From Octopus sinensis (lineage: Eukaryota), in contig NC_043007.1 of assembly GCF_006345805.1 (NCBI RefSeq), positions 6,882,001-6,946,000 of the forward strand: a stretch of 64,000 nt of DNA, read 5' to 3'. Below the pieces are notes generated by a model. The model did not search any database. It worked only from the letters and a program-made list of their open reading frames with translations, and was not told the origin of the DNA. A program made the position numbers and the translations under genes. Of this stretch, positions 1-10,920 are shown piece by piece. Within the stretch, counting starts at the first letter, position 1, and each line of letters begins with the position of its first letter.

Positions 1-231
1 CACCCATGTTTCCAGAGGTGAATTATTCAAACCCCAAAGAATCCCTCTCAACACATGGCTATGATGCTTCCCCACTACTTCTACTCGTGATCAGAGATGC
101 ACATATCGTCAGCCACTAAGGGACATGCTCAACTGGTTAAGGTCAAACAACTGACAAGCAAATCTGTGGTATTGAGCAGAATATTTGCTGTAGCCCATTT
201 TTTATACCAAGACAAAACAATGTACATGATA

Positions 232-237
232 ATTATA

Positions 238-296
<59 letters not shown>

Positions 297-330
297 CATC
301 ATCATCATCATCATTATTGTTATTATTATT
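232..330. repeat. (ATT)n/(ATC)n trinucleotide microsatellite
   Basis: Direct reading; explains the poly-Ile and poly-Met ORFs 97..588 and 129..314. Confidence 0.97.
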
Positions 331-420
331 TTGATTGCCTTTGCACACCTTCTAACGCTGGAGATGTACTACGGTGTCAGCTGTTTAATACCAGGTGTTC
401 GTATTTCATTTTGTTTACTG
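330..420 (-). mobile_element. Short CR1/L2-like LINE ORF2 C-terminal fragment
   Basis: Minus strand reads LEGVQRQSK, resembling the LESVQRRATK motif downstream of RT in CR1/L2 elements; only about 90 bp long. Confidence 0.35.
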
Positions 421-445
421 TTGGTGACGTCCTGTATGCATATAT

Positions 446-523
<78 letters not shown>

Positions 524-567
524 ATATATACGCATACATATACATATATATATGCACACACATAAAT

Positions 568-748
568 GTATGGCTGTGTAGCAAGTAACTTGCTTTCCAG
601 CCACATGATTCCGGGTTCAGTCCCACTGCGTGGCACCTTCGGCAAAGTGTCTTCTACCTTATCCTCAGGCCGACCAAAGCCTTGTGAGTGGATCTGGTAT
701 AGGGGAACTGAAAAACTGAAAGAAGCCGCCGTATATACATGTGTGTGT

Positions 749-784
<36 letters not shown>

Positions 785-1014
785 CTGTGTCTGTGTTTGT
801 TCCCGCGTCATCTCTCTCTCTCTCTCTCTCTCTCTTGACAACCGGTGCTGGTGTGTTTAGGTCTGCCTGACTTAGCCGCTCGCCAAAAAACTCATAGAAT
901 AGGTCTTAAAATTAAGCACTAGGGTCGATCTGTTCGGCTAAATACCCGTCAAGCCTGAGTTCCAGCGCAGCCGCAATCACATGACTGAAACCAATAAAAA
1001 AATAAATAAAAGAA
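568..1014 (+). mobile_element. tRNA-derived CORE-type SINE (family 1; resembles the octopus OR-type SINEs)
   Basis: tRNA-like head TGGCTGTGTAGCAAG...CCGGGTTCAGTCCC, CORE-like GGCACCTT..GCAAGTGTCTTCTA, internal (TG)n/(CT)n tract, tail ending GACTGAAAC..AATAAAA; at least 10 further copies in the window. Confidence 0.85.
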
Positions 1015-1060
1015 TATATATTATAAATAAACACAAGCAATCATTCGACCTTTCATTATC

Positions 1061-1296
1061 TATTTCTTTACTACCCACAAGGGGCTAAACACAGAGAGGA
1101 CAAACAAGGGCTGACAAAGGGGATTAAGTCAATTATGTCGACCCCAGTGGGTAACTGGTACTTATTTAATCGACCCCGAAAGGATGAAAGGCAAAGTCGA
1201 CCTCGGCGGAATTCGAACTCAGAACGTAATGGCAGACGAAATACCTCTAAGCTTTTCGCCCAGCGTGCTAACGCTTCTGCCAGCTCCTCGCCGCCT
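1061..1296 (-). mobile_element. tRNA-derived SINE family 2 (central domain GTCGACTTTGCCTTTCATCCTTTCGGGGTCGAT, Meta-domain-like) with tail A
   Basis: Reverse complement matches the copy at 43516-43742 through head, core and tail A; more than 20 copies or fragments in the window. Confidence 0.88.
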
Positions 1297-1527
1297 TCGA
1301 CGTTTCATTACCACGGGTTATTCCTTATCAGTGTGCACCTGCGTTTCTCACCTGCATGTTTTATGCACGTGATACTGAAGACATAAAATAACTCTTGAAT
1401 ATAGAAACGTTTTATGTGCACTGCGCATGACATTCGTATATTTGAATGTGTGACACGTGTTCTGCGCTTTTAAACTACAACCAATCGACTCTTTCTGTAC
1501 GATTGTCTAACGACAAAATGTTGTGTT

Positions 1528-3645
1528 AGTCAGTGTTTACATCAGTTCTACATTCAAGAGAACCTCTCTCATGGAAAGGCGTCTTTTTTTTTTGGCGGTG
1601 AGTCAAAAGTTTTGTTGCGCGTGGATACTTTTTTCTATTGGAATTTTTGTCTATTGTTGAACTTTGAAAATTTCTGTGCTTTTTCCCGGTGACGGGAGAA
1701 AGTAATTGTTGAAATATTGAAATTATTATTATTGAAATTATTAAAGCCGTTGTACTGTTATCCTCATTAAAAGGTGGGGAAATATTATAGGTTTCCCATT
1801 TTTGGGATAAGTAATATATTATTGCGTGGAAAATTAAATCTTAACCGTTGTAGTCTCTATTGTGGCACCGCCCCTAGCGTGGGTGAGATTTGAACTGTTG
1901 TCCTCGTTGCGAGAAAAAAAATATTATAGGTTTCCCATTTTTTGGGATTCTATATTTTATTATTGTGTGGAAAAAAATTAATTTCGAACGTTGTAAGCTT
2001 TGTTGCTACGTCTCGCCCGCCAGCTGGGGTGGGATTTGAACTCTTGTCCTCGTTAAGAGGAAGAAAAAAAGGAAAAAATTATAGGTTTCTTTTTTTCTGG
2101 GATTAAATTGTGTATCATTTATTTCGAACGAATATGTCGGTCGAAATAATCCCAGAAACGAACCAGCTGCATGAGCCAGCAAAAAAGTTCGCGGCAGTAG
2201 CCGCTGTATCTTCTAAGGGGATAGTTATAGAAACGGAGAAGCTCTCCGAGCTTTTTGAAAGGATGAAAGAGGAGGGTGGGAATATAAAGATCTCACCCTC
2301 CCCTAGTGTTGAAAATCTGAAGAGAAGGACAGTCGTTTACAAAACGTACTGTCTTCTTCATCGAAGAAATTCAAGCACTTGAAGAAATTCAAGTGCGAAA
2401 TAGAAAAATGCCTGGCTCCTATATGGAAATATATAAAACACATAGCGAGGGGCCAGGCATATGGAACAATAGAGGCCAGATTAGAGATGACCGAAAAAGC
2501 CCAAGGAGGCGGTGCTGCTCCCACTATACATGGGAAGGAGAACAACACGCGTCCGAATAAACGAAATTGAGGTAAGGGAGGTAATGGCCGCTCTGTTGTA
2601 TAACAGGACGGACAAAATCCCTTTCCTCCAAATTACATGCACTGCCCCACAAAATTGGGGACATTGGTAATTGGATCAAGCAGAGACCTAGGCTGGGGGA
2701 TATTGGTAATTGGAGTGCCGCCAGGTACTTCAGCTTCTCTCTTGGGCGGGCAATGCCGGGCACGAGAGTTCCACAGCGGATTTCTATAGCGGGTTAGAGG
2801 TGATTAAGTCCGAAGACGCCATGGGGGAGAACCTGGGCTACGATGAAATCGGTTAATCAACCTGTTCCGGAGAACTTTCGGGCCGGGTTATCTGGACAGT
2901 TACCAGAAATCCCTGGCTTGGCAGTGCTTCCGTGCGGCTTTACCTGTTAGGGATAATCTGTCAAGGCACGGAAGTGCCGTCTCGCTGACATGTCCGAGGT
3001 GCGAGCAGGATAGGGAAATAGTCTTGCACGCATTTGTGGAATGTCCGGAATTAACGGGACTGATAGTTTTCGCAGAGCAACTGTTGTCATCGATGGGAAG
3101 AGTACAGCTATCAGCTGAAACTATCATCGAGATTGTGCCGCCTCCTGCCCTTAACAGGGAAAGGAAGGCTTGATTTTTCTGCGTAGCAGCCATACTGAAA
3201 GAAACAGAATGGAAGATGCATGTGAGAGGCATAGTGTCGGGTACCTTTGCATCGGGCCAGGGGTTGGTTAACTTTTTTAGTTACCACCTCAGTAATAAGA
3301 CCAGTCTGTAGAAAAGGTACCTGTCACGAGACAGATTCATGAGAGGATGGAAGCCTGTGGCGGGGAAGCTGGGAGTGTTTGGCCCAGGTAAGTGGAAGCC
3401 AAAAACAGAAAGAAAAAGCAAGGGGTTACCCTGGTTGTCGGATGCCTATCCTTCAGAGAAGCCATTACAAATTTCATTTGTAATGAGCAACGCTTAAGTC
3501 AAAACTTATAAACATATTTATTAAATCATTGTATATATTAAATTGTAAATATTTCATCGCTATAGCTACTTCACCCATTTATGTTTGTCTGTTCTTGTTC
3601 GTCCCCTCTTTGTAATGCCTTCATGGCAAATATTTATGAAATGAA
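1528..3645 (+). mobile_element. Internally deleted Tx1/L1-clade non-LTR retrotransposon (5'UTR, ORF1 N-terminus, ORF2 C-terminus, 3'UTR)
   Basis: ORF1-like fragments from ATG 2134; ORF2 C-terminal zinc-knuckle region YQKSLAWQCFRAALPVRDNLSRHG..TCPRCEQDREIVLHAFVECP at about 2902-3050, clearly homologous to the independent copy at 35148-36020; no EN or RT core. The 5' boundary is approximate. Confidence 0.8.
2672..3420 (+). pseudogene. Tx1-type ORF2 C-terminal remnant (zf-RVT-like CCHC region)
   Basis: Manual translation LFRRTFGPGYLDSYQKSLAWQC...CPRC..E..LHAF.EC, with in-frame stops near 3171 and 3308 and frameshifts upstream. Confidence 0.8.
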
Positions 3646-3800
3646 GTAGCTTGCTTACCAACCACATGGTTCCGGGTTCATTCTCCCTGCGTGGCACCTT
3701 GGGCAAGTGTCTTCTGCTATAGCCTCGGACCGACCAAAGCCTTGTGAGTGGATTTTGTAGACGGAAACTGAAAGAAGCCCGTCGCATATATGTATATATA

Positions 3801-3855
<55 letters not shown>

Positions 3856-4080
3856 GTGTGTATGCTTGTGTGTCTGTGCCTGTCCCCCCAACATTGCTTG
3901 ACGACTGATGCTGGTGTGTTTACTTCCCCGTAACTTAGCGGTTCGGCAAAAGAGGCCAATAGAATAAGTACTAGGCTTACAAAGAATATGTCCTGGAGTC
4001 GATTTGCTCGACTAAAAGCGGTGCTCCAGCATGGCCGCAGTCAAATGACTGAAACAAGTAAATGAGAAGAAGAGAAAGAG
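3646..4080 (+). mobile_element. CORE-type SINE family 1, 5' end missing
   Basis: Matches 568-1014 from GTAGCTTGCTTACCAACC onward; internal (TA)n(TG)n tract. Confidence 0.88.
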
Positions 4081-4267
4081 AAATGTACAAAATGTTTACC
4101 TCCATATTCTTTCGCTGCGTAAAAGCTTTATTCATTTGAAGAATGGCTAACAGCAAACACGGACGATCGTTCCACGGAGGATCGCTGTTTCAATTTAACA
4201 TTACGCATTTCTTATACTGAGTCATTTTCCTCCTTATAAGCAGAAGGTTTCAATATATATTGACTAT

Positions 4268-4794
4268 ATTCTTTTATTCTTTTAACTGTTTCACTCATTT
4301 GACTGCGGCCGTGCAGGAGCACCACCTTCAGTCGAGCAAATCGAGCTCAGGATTTATTCTGTGTAAGCCTAATACTTATTCTATCGGATTCTTTTGCCGA
4401 ACCGCTAAATTACGAGGACGTAAACACACCAGCATAGCTTGTCAAATGATGCTGGGGAGGGGGGACAAACTCACACACATACATACATACATACATACAT
4501 ACATACATACATACATACATAGATGCATACATACATACATACATACATACATACATACATACATACATACATACATACATAGATGCATACATACATACAT
4601 ACATATGAGTATGTTCATATATATATATATAGGACGGGCTTTTTTCAGTTTCCGGTTACCAAATTCACTGACAAGGCTTTGGTCGAGCCGAAGCTATAGT
4701 AGAAGACATTTGCCCAAGGTGTCACGCAGTGAGACTGAACCCGGAACTATGTGGTTGGTAAGCAAGCTACTTACCTCACAGCCACTCCAGCGCC
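4268..4794 (-). mobile_element. CORE-type SINE family 1, full length
   Basis: Reverse complement of the family; head ends GCCACTCCAGCGCC; internal (TACA)n tract. Confidence 0.88.
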
Positions 4795-4853
4795 TATGTA
4801 TATATATGTGTGTGTGTGTGTACGCTTGAGTGCATGTGTGCCTTTTGTAAATG

Positions 4854-4891
<38 letters not shown>

Positions 4892-5024
4892 GGCCATTTT
4901 ATTTCTGTATAATTTCTCAATTAAGCCTAAGATTGTCTTTATTAGGACTTGGCATAAAGACAAACCTTAATTGATACATAGAGACGTAAAGGTTGTCCAT
5001 CTATCTATCTATCTATTATATATA

Positions 5025-5064
<40 letters not shown>

Positions 5065-5074
5065 ATCTTTTGTT

Positions 5075-5378
5075 TTTTCTTTTACTTGTTCAATCATATA
5101 GAGCGGCCATTCTGGAGTACCACCTTAAATAGTTTTTTTAGTAGAACAAATCGACCGCAAGATTTATTTCACTTAAGCCTAGTACATATTCTATCGCCCC
5201 CTTTTGCCGAACTGCTATTCTACGTGATGTAAACACATCAACAAGTTATATATATATATATATACGACAGGCTTCTTTCAGTTTCCGTCTACCAAATCCA
5301 CTCACAAGGCTTTGGTCGGCCCAAATCTAAAGTAGATGATGCCACCCAAAGTGTCACGAAGTGAGACTGAACCATGTC
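5075..5378 (-). mobile_element. CORE-type SINE family 1, truncated
   Basis: Tail and core match the family; head is cut at about 5378. Confidence 0.75.
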
Positions 5379-5896
5379 GTTGCTCCTCTTTTTCTCTCTC
5401 TTCTCACGTGACCGCTGGCCGACTAGCAGCCCTTTTGCATCGGACCACGGGCACGGTAACATATTTGTTTTTGTCTGCCGTAAGGCTTAATTCTCACTCA
5501 ATACGCCAGCTGAATTCCATTCGTCTCTAGTCGAAAGACGTCTATTGTTATATCCTGTTATTATTATTACTATTGTTTTTTTTTGCGTTTATATTCGTAT
5601 AATTTTTTGTCTTTTTTTGTATTTATATTCGTGTAACATCGTCCGTTTTTCTGTCCTTGTTTCGTATACATTCCATCCTTAGTTTTTCCTTGGGGCTGGC
5701 CAGATTGGAGCAATCTCAAGATTAATCAGTCTAAATTGCGAGGATGATCCGGTTCTTGACTGAAGATTAATGGCTTCGAACGACCTGTCCGTGTTTTATT
5801 GTATCGTCTATTTGGATGTTTTGCGTTCTTGTTGTGTATATATATTTATATATATATATGTGTGTGTGTGTGTGCGTGTATATATACATCTATGTA

Positions 5897-5929
<33 letters not shown>

Positions 5930-5932
5930 GAA

Positions 5933-5963
<31 letters not shown>

Positions 5964-6082
5964 ATATATATATATATACATACACTACTAATATAGGATG
6001 AAGTTTTTTTCTCTACAGAAAAAAATTCCATCAAGAAATGTGGCAGCATCTTAAAAAACCTTTACGGTTAAAATTATAAACA

Positions 6083-6441
6083 ACTTATAATTAAGGGCTA
6101 AAGAAAATTATTTCAAAGCCAATATGCTGATAACAGACTATTAAATCGTCAATTTCCACTTATAATTTACTCGCTACAGCAAAAACCGAAGAACTGAAGT
6201 CGGGCAAGCCGGCCGTTTTGTAAGCTCTACTGAGGAGGAATAAGTCTTTTATGAGATTAATTCCGGAATTGATTCAATATAGAGATAACGAATTTTTAAA
6301 AAATTCTAACGGCCGGCTTGCCCGACTTCAGTTCTTCGGTTTTGGCTGTAGCGAGTAAATTATATGAGGAAATTGACGATTTAATAGTCTGTAATCAGCA
6401 TATTGGCGTTGAAATAATTTTCTTTAGCCCTTACTTATAAG

Positions 6442-6442
<1 letters not shown>
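6083..6442. repeat. 135-bp inverted repeat pair (6083-6217 / 6308-6442) around a 90-bp spacer, Penelope-like inverted pseudo-LTR arrangement
   Basis: Arms are reverse complements with about six mismatches; (TA)n tracts lie nearby on both sides. Confidence 0.9.
6225..6284 (+). ncRNA. Type I hammerhead ribozyme motif, one core substitution (GGAA for GAAA)
   Basis: Stem I CTCTA/TAGAG, core CTGAGGA, stem II GGAATAA..TAATTCC, GGAA, palindromic stem III ATTGA-T-TCAAT, cleavage triplet ATA. Confidence 0.6.
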
Positions 6443-6479
<37 letters not shown>

Positions 6480-6480
6480 G

Positions 6481-6515
<35 letters not shown>

Positions 6516-7110
6516 GTTTCTATATATGTGTGTTTCTATATATGTATGTACATAAAGAAAAATACATTGCGGTATTTATTTACGTTCCTACGTTCCTGCA
6601 CAGAGTAAGTTCGAATTGCAGCCTGTCCGTTTTCCATTCCATATGTAGGAAGTAGAAGATCAGCCGCTTCGATGTGAATGAATATAAACCTTTCCATGAA
6701 GACCTGTTATAACCTCATACTTATGACGGAACTCCGAAAAGATTGCAAAGAAAGATATAGGTGGCCAGATACACTATGTGTGTGTCTGTGTGTGTGTCTG
6801 TGTGTGTGTGTGTGTGTGTGCGTGTTTGTGTGTGTGTGTGTGTGGCCCATTCGCAATTTAAAGCTACAGGCAAATTTATAAAGAAGGATAGAAAATAATA
6901 CGAGCAGTACTAGAAACCGGAGTTAAAAAACGACTCAATTAAACACAAAAAGCACTTATCTTAATATATATGTGTGTGGTGTGTGTGTGCATGGTTGAAA
7001 CGAATAAAAGAAAGAAAAAGATATATGATAGTGTGTGTGTGTGTGTTTAAACAGACCAACGTACGAACAGGAAGACAGGTGGACAGATATATCGATAGAT
7101 AGACAGACAA

Positions 7111-7159
<49 letters not shown>

Positions 7160-7170
7160 CAGATAGATAG

Positions 7171-7202
<32 letters not shown>

Positions 7203-7549
7203 GGATGGAAAGACAGAAAATGATAAAGTGCGATAAAGGGACTATTTCCCTAAAGGTATAATTATGAGTCCTCCCAACCACCTTCCTTTCCAGCCATTGC
7301 ATAATAGAGATGAATCTATACCTGGTAGGTGAATAGTAGTTCAACATATCATTATAATTAGATTTCCATTAAAGCCTGACAGTAAACATTACACTCTAAT
7401 TGATTCAATACATTTCAAAATGTATTTTTCATCAACACACTCCAACACAATTGCACCTACACAAAACTCTTTTGTGAATATAAACACGTATATATGTGTG
7501 TGTGTATGTGTGTGTGTGTGTATGTGGTGTATATACATATATATATATA

Positions 7550-7590
7550 TATTACGTTATATATTTCTATACTTGTGTATATTATAATTC

Positions 7591-7621
<31 letters not shown>

Positions 7622-7850
7622 TATATATATATATAAGGTTATATATTTCGATACATATGTATATACATGTGTATATATATTCATATATATATAAGGCTAT
7701 ATATTTCTATACTTATGTATATACATGTGTATATCTATTCATATGCATATATACATATGTATATATATATATATATGTATGTATGTATTAGGTTATATAT
7801 ATCTATACTTATGTATATACATGTGTATATATATTCATTCACATATATAG
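7550..7850. repeat. Degenerate minisatellite, about 50-nt unit AGGTTATATATTTCTATACTTATGTATATACATGTGTATATATATTCAT, separated by (TA)n
   Basis: Four recognisable copies near 7553, 7635, 7692 and 7788. Confidence 0.75.
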
Positions 7851-8341
7851 GTTTATGCGCGCACGCAGTGTGTGAGCGTATATTCTATGACATATCTGAA
7901 GAAGTTTACGACACTTTTATTCACGAAATGTGGCCTCGACAGTAACTCTGCAGCTGTTGGACTGTAGCTATATTCCTCGATATGCAAGGATATATAAAAT
8001 CGGTTTTAGCTAGGTAATTATCAACGTTTATTATTGTGCCAACACCAACACTGCCTATATTTACACCGCAACAATTTCTTTAAACTTCTCCAAATGATAA
8101 CACATATTTTTAGATCCAACTATATATGTATCTAGGAAGATACACCACATTTCCTTATGCCCAAGTGTATCTAGGCTACATGATGCTGCATACGACTTCA
8201 CCTACTTCTGTTTGCAGCACGTTACTTACATGCGAATTCTTATATCCAAATTATAATTCATATACGTATTCTATATATGTGTATATATGTTTGTGTGTGT
8301 GAATGTGGATGCATATATCTATATCTATATATATATTTATG

Positions 8342-8378
<37 letters not shown>

Positions 8379-8477
8379 ATACATATAAATATATTATATA
8401 TATATATATACACACTATATATATATATATATTACACATACATATATATATATATATATGTATATATACACGTATAT

Positions 8478-8707
8478 ATTCTTTTACGTATTTCAGTCAT
8501 TTGACTACGGCCATGGTGGAGCACGCCCTTTTGTCAAACAAATCGACCCCAAGACTTATTCTCTCTGAATCTAGTACTTATTCTATCGGTCTCTTTTCCC
8601 TAACCGCTAATCTACGAGGACGCAAACACACCAGCATCGGTTGTGAAGTGATGTTGTGGGGAAGACGGGCAAACACAGACACACAACATATACACACATA
8701 TGCATAC

Positions 8708-8774
<67 letters not shown>

Positions 8775-8935
8775 ACGGTCTTCTTTCAGTTTCCGTCTAC
8801 CAAATCCATTCACAAGTCTTTGGTCGGCCCGAAGCTATAGTAGAAGACACTTGCCCAAGGTGCCATGCAGTGGGTCAGAACCCGGAACCATGTGGTTTGT
8901 AAGCAAGCTACTTACCACACAGCCACTCCCACGCC
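8478..8935 (-). mobile_element. CORE-type SINE family 1, full length
   Basis: Reverse complement of the family head, core and tail; internal (CA)(TA)(TG) tract. Confidence 0.88.
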
Positions 8936-8980
<45 letters not shown>

Positions 8981-9097
8981 ATACATATACATGTATGTAA
9001 AGATATAGATGTACACATCTATCTATCTATATATATATATACATATATGTATATATATATGTATATATATATGTATATATATATATCTATATACATA

Positions 9098-9128
<31 letters not shown>

Positions 9129-9170
9129 GTATATATATATGTGTATATATATATATGTGTATTATATATG

Positions 9171-9201
<31 letters not shown>

Positions 9202-9333
9202 GTATATATATATAATATGTAATGTATATATAATTTGTATATATATATGTATATGTATATATATATAGTATATATATGTATATGTATATATATATTTGTA
9301 TATATATATATATGTATAATATATATATAGATA

Positions 9334-9379
<46 letters not shown>

Positions 9380-9420
9380 ATATATATGTATATGCAAACG
9401 CACACATACACCACTCATAT
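8936..9420. repeat. Degenerate (TA)n/(TG)n microsatellite
   Basis: Direct reading. Confidence 0.95.
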
Positions 9421-10314
9421 ATATGTGTGTAACTACAGAAATGATAAATAGGTGTACATATTTCCTCCTACCTGTAATTTATGTCACATTTTTGAAATTG
9501 TGTAGAAGCTACCTCTGCATAGTTGTGCTTCACGTGCTCTTGCATACATTAATGGTTTGATACAATGTATTTCAGTAGACTTCTCTTATACTAACCACCT
9601 GGGTACATATTTCTTCATATAGTAGTAGGCCATTTTTTAACTAATGTTATGCAATACTATTCAAATGCTTACATAAATTCCGATTAAAAGAGTTCATATG
9701 TGAAAACTTCAGAGTCGAAATGTGTGTTTTGTGGCATTTAATTCCTGCTCTTTAGTTCAGGGGTTCAAAACCACCGAGATTACAATTTCTCCATCTTTCC
9801 AAGTTCATAGAATTAAAGAGTAATCAAATGAGAGATTTGGTGTATGATACTGTTCGCTTTCGTATTATATTTCTGGCTTTGTGTCTATGTTATTTACCAA
9901 AATACTTTTTCTATTAGCAGTCATATACCTTATATCATATTATTCCTCATATTTCAAATTGTTAAAATATATATTTAAAAGCGGTGATATATATATATAT
10001 AACTGATCAATACAGTTGATGTGAGTCAGTGCAGTGGTAATATTACTCTCTGAGCAAATAGGTTATTGTCGGGGCTGCTAAACTCGGGGGCGCCACCCGA
10101 AAATAGAATAATTCTCATCCTTGATTTAAAAACACAAGTATTATGTAAAGAATAAAGATGAAAGTTTCTCGTAGAAGAAATGGACACTGGTCACTTGACG
10201 AGAGGCCCATCACTTGTTATATTCTCTCACGTTGTTTGGCGTGAAATATTTCAAATTTTACCAAATTACACATTTTTCCAGCAGAAAACGTAAATCGTAA
10301 TTCTGTGGAAATAT

Positions 10315-10446
10315 GTTTGCTTCTCAACCACCAAGGTTCCGAGTTCAGTTTCACTATGTGTCAACTTAGAAAGTGTCTTCTACTATAGTCTCTCACTCAC
10401 CAAAGCCTCTTGAGTCGGTTTTGGAAAAAGAAAGGAAATAATCTCA

Positions 10447-10496
<50 letters not shown>

Positions 10497-10920
10497 GAGA
10501 GTCGTTCGTTTCTTTCTACAAGGAAACAAAAGTAAAAGAATTTGGAGGAATTAGGAGGTGTATTAGTTTGACGCTAGGGAAGAATGGAAAACTGTTTGAC
10601 GTTTCGAAGCTATGCTCTTCGACAGAAAGTGACGAGAGGAAAAATTAAGAAAATAAAAATTTATATATATATATATATATGCACGTGTGTGTATGAGCGT
10701 TTGCGCGTGCGTATATCTTTATACTGTGCATGTCCCTACCACTGGTCGACAACCGATGTTGGTGTAACACCTCGTTACCTAACTGTTAAAACGAAGGGGT
10801 TAATATAAGTACCATGTTTAAAATAAGCACTGGAGTCGATTTGTTCGACTAAAATTCCTCAAGCTGTTGCTCCAGCATGGCCGCAGTCTAATGGCTGCAA
10901 CTAGTAAAAAGATGAAAGGT
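10315..10920 (+). mobile_element. Degenerate CORE-type SINE family 1 interrupted by a Penelope pseudo-LTR fragment
   Basis: Head and core at 10315-10425, tail at 10735-10920; a pseudo-LTR fragment lies between them. Confidence 0.65.
10495..10660 (-). mobile_element. Penelope pseudo-LTR fragment with hammerhead-like motif (10594-10629)
   Basis: Reverse complement matches 49640-49790; motif CTTT-CTGTCGA-A-GAGC-ATAG-CTTC-GAAACGTC. Confidence 0.75.

Noticed and set aside
1-231. Non-simple sequence that looks like the end of an interspersed repeat
   Set aside because: Cut by the window edge, no second copy here and no diagnostic motif, so it cannot be assigned from the sequence alone.
97-838. 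ORFs with poly-Ile, YI, CV and TH repeats (also most other ORFs in the track, e.g. 8963-9560, 19011-22706, 33609-34339)
   Set aside because: They are translations of microsatellites that happen to lack stop codons; no domain content.
3375-3395. GGCCCAG|GTAAGT as a second recursive splice site
   Set aside because: Lies inside the Tx1 remnant and lacks a pyrimidine tract or downstream partner donor.
5378-5830. CTGAAGA..CGAACGACCTGTC as a hammerhead in a probable repeat
   Set aside because: GAAA is incomplete and stems I and II cannot be paired; the element family is unassignable here.
7294-7324. 31-nt AG..GT exon candidate (also 11214-11254 and 11646-11673)
   Set aside because: Splice signals are only moderate and the peptides are unrecognisable; expected by chance in 64 kb.
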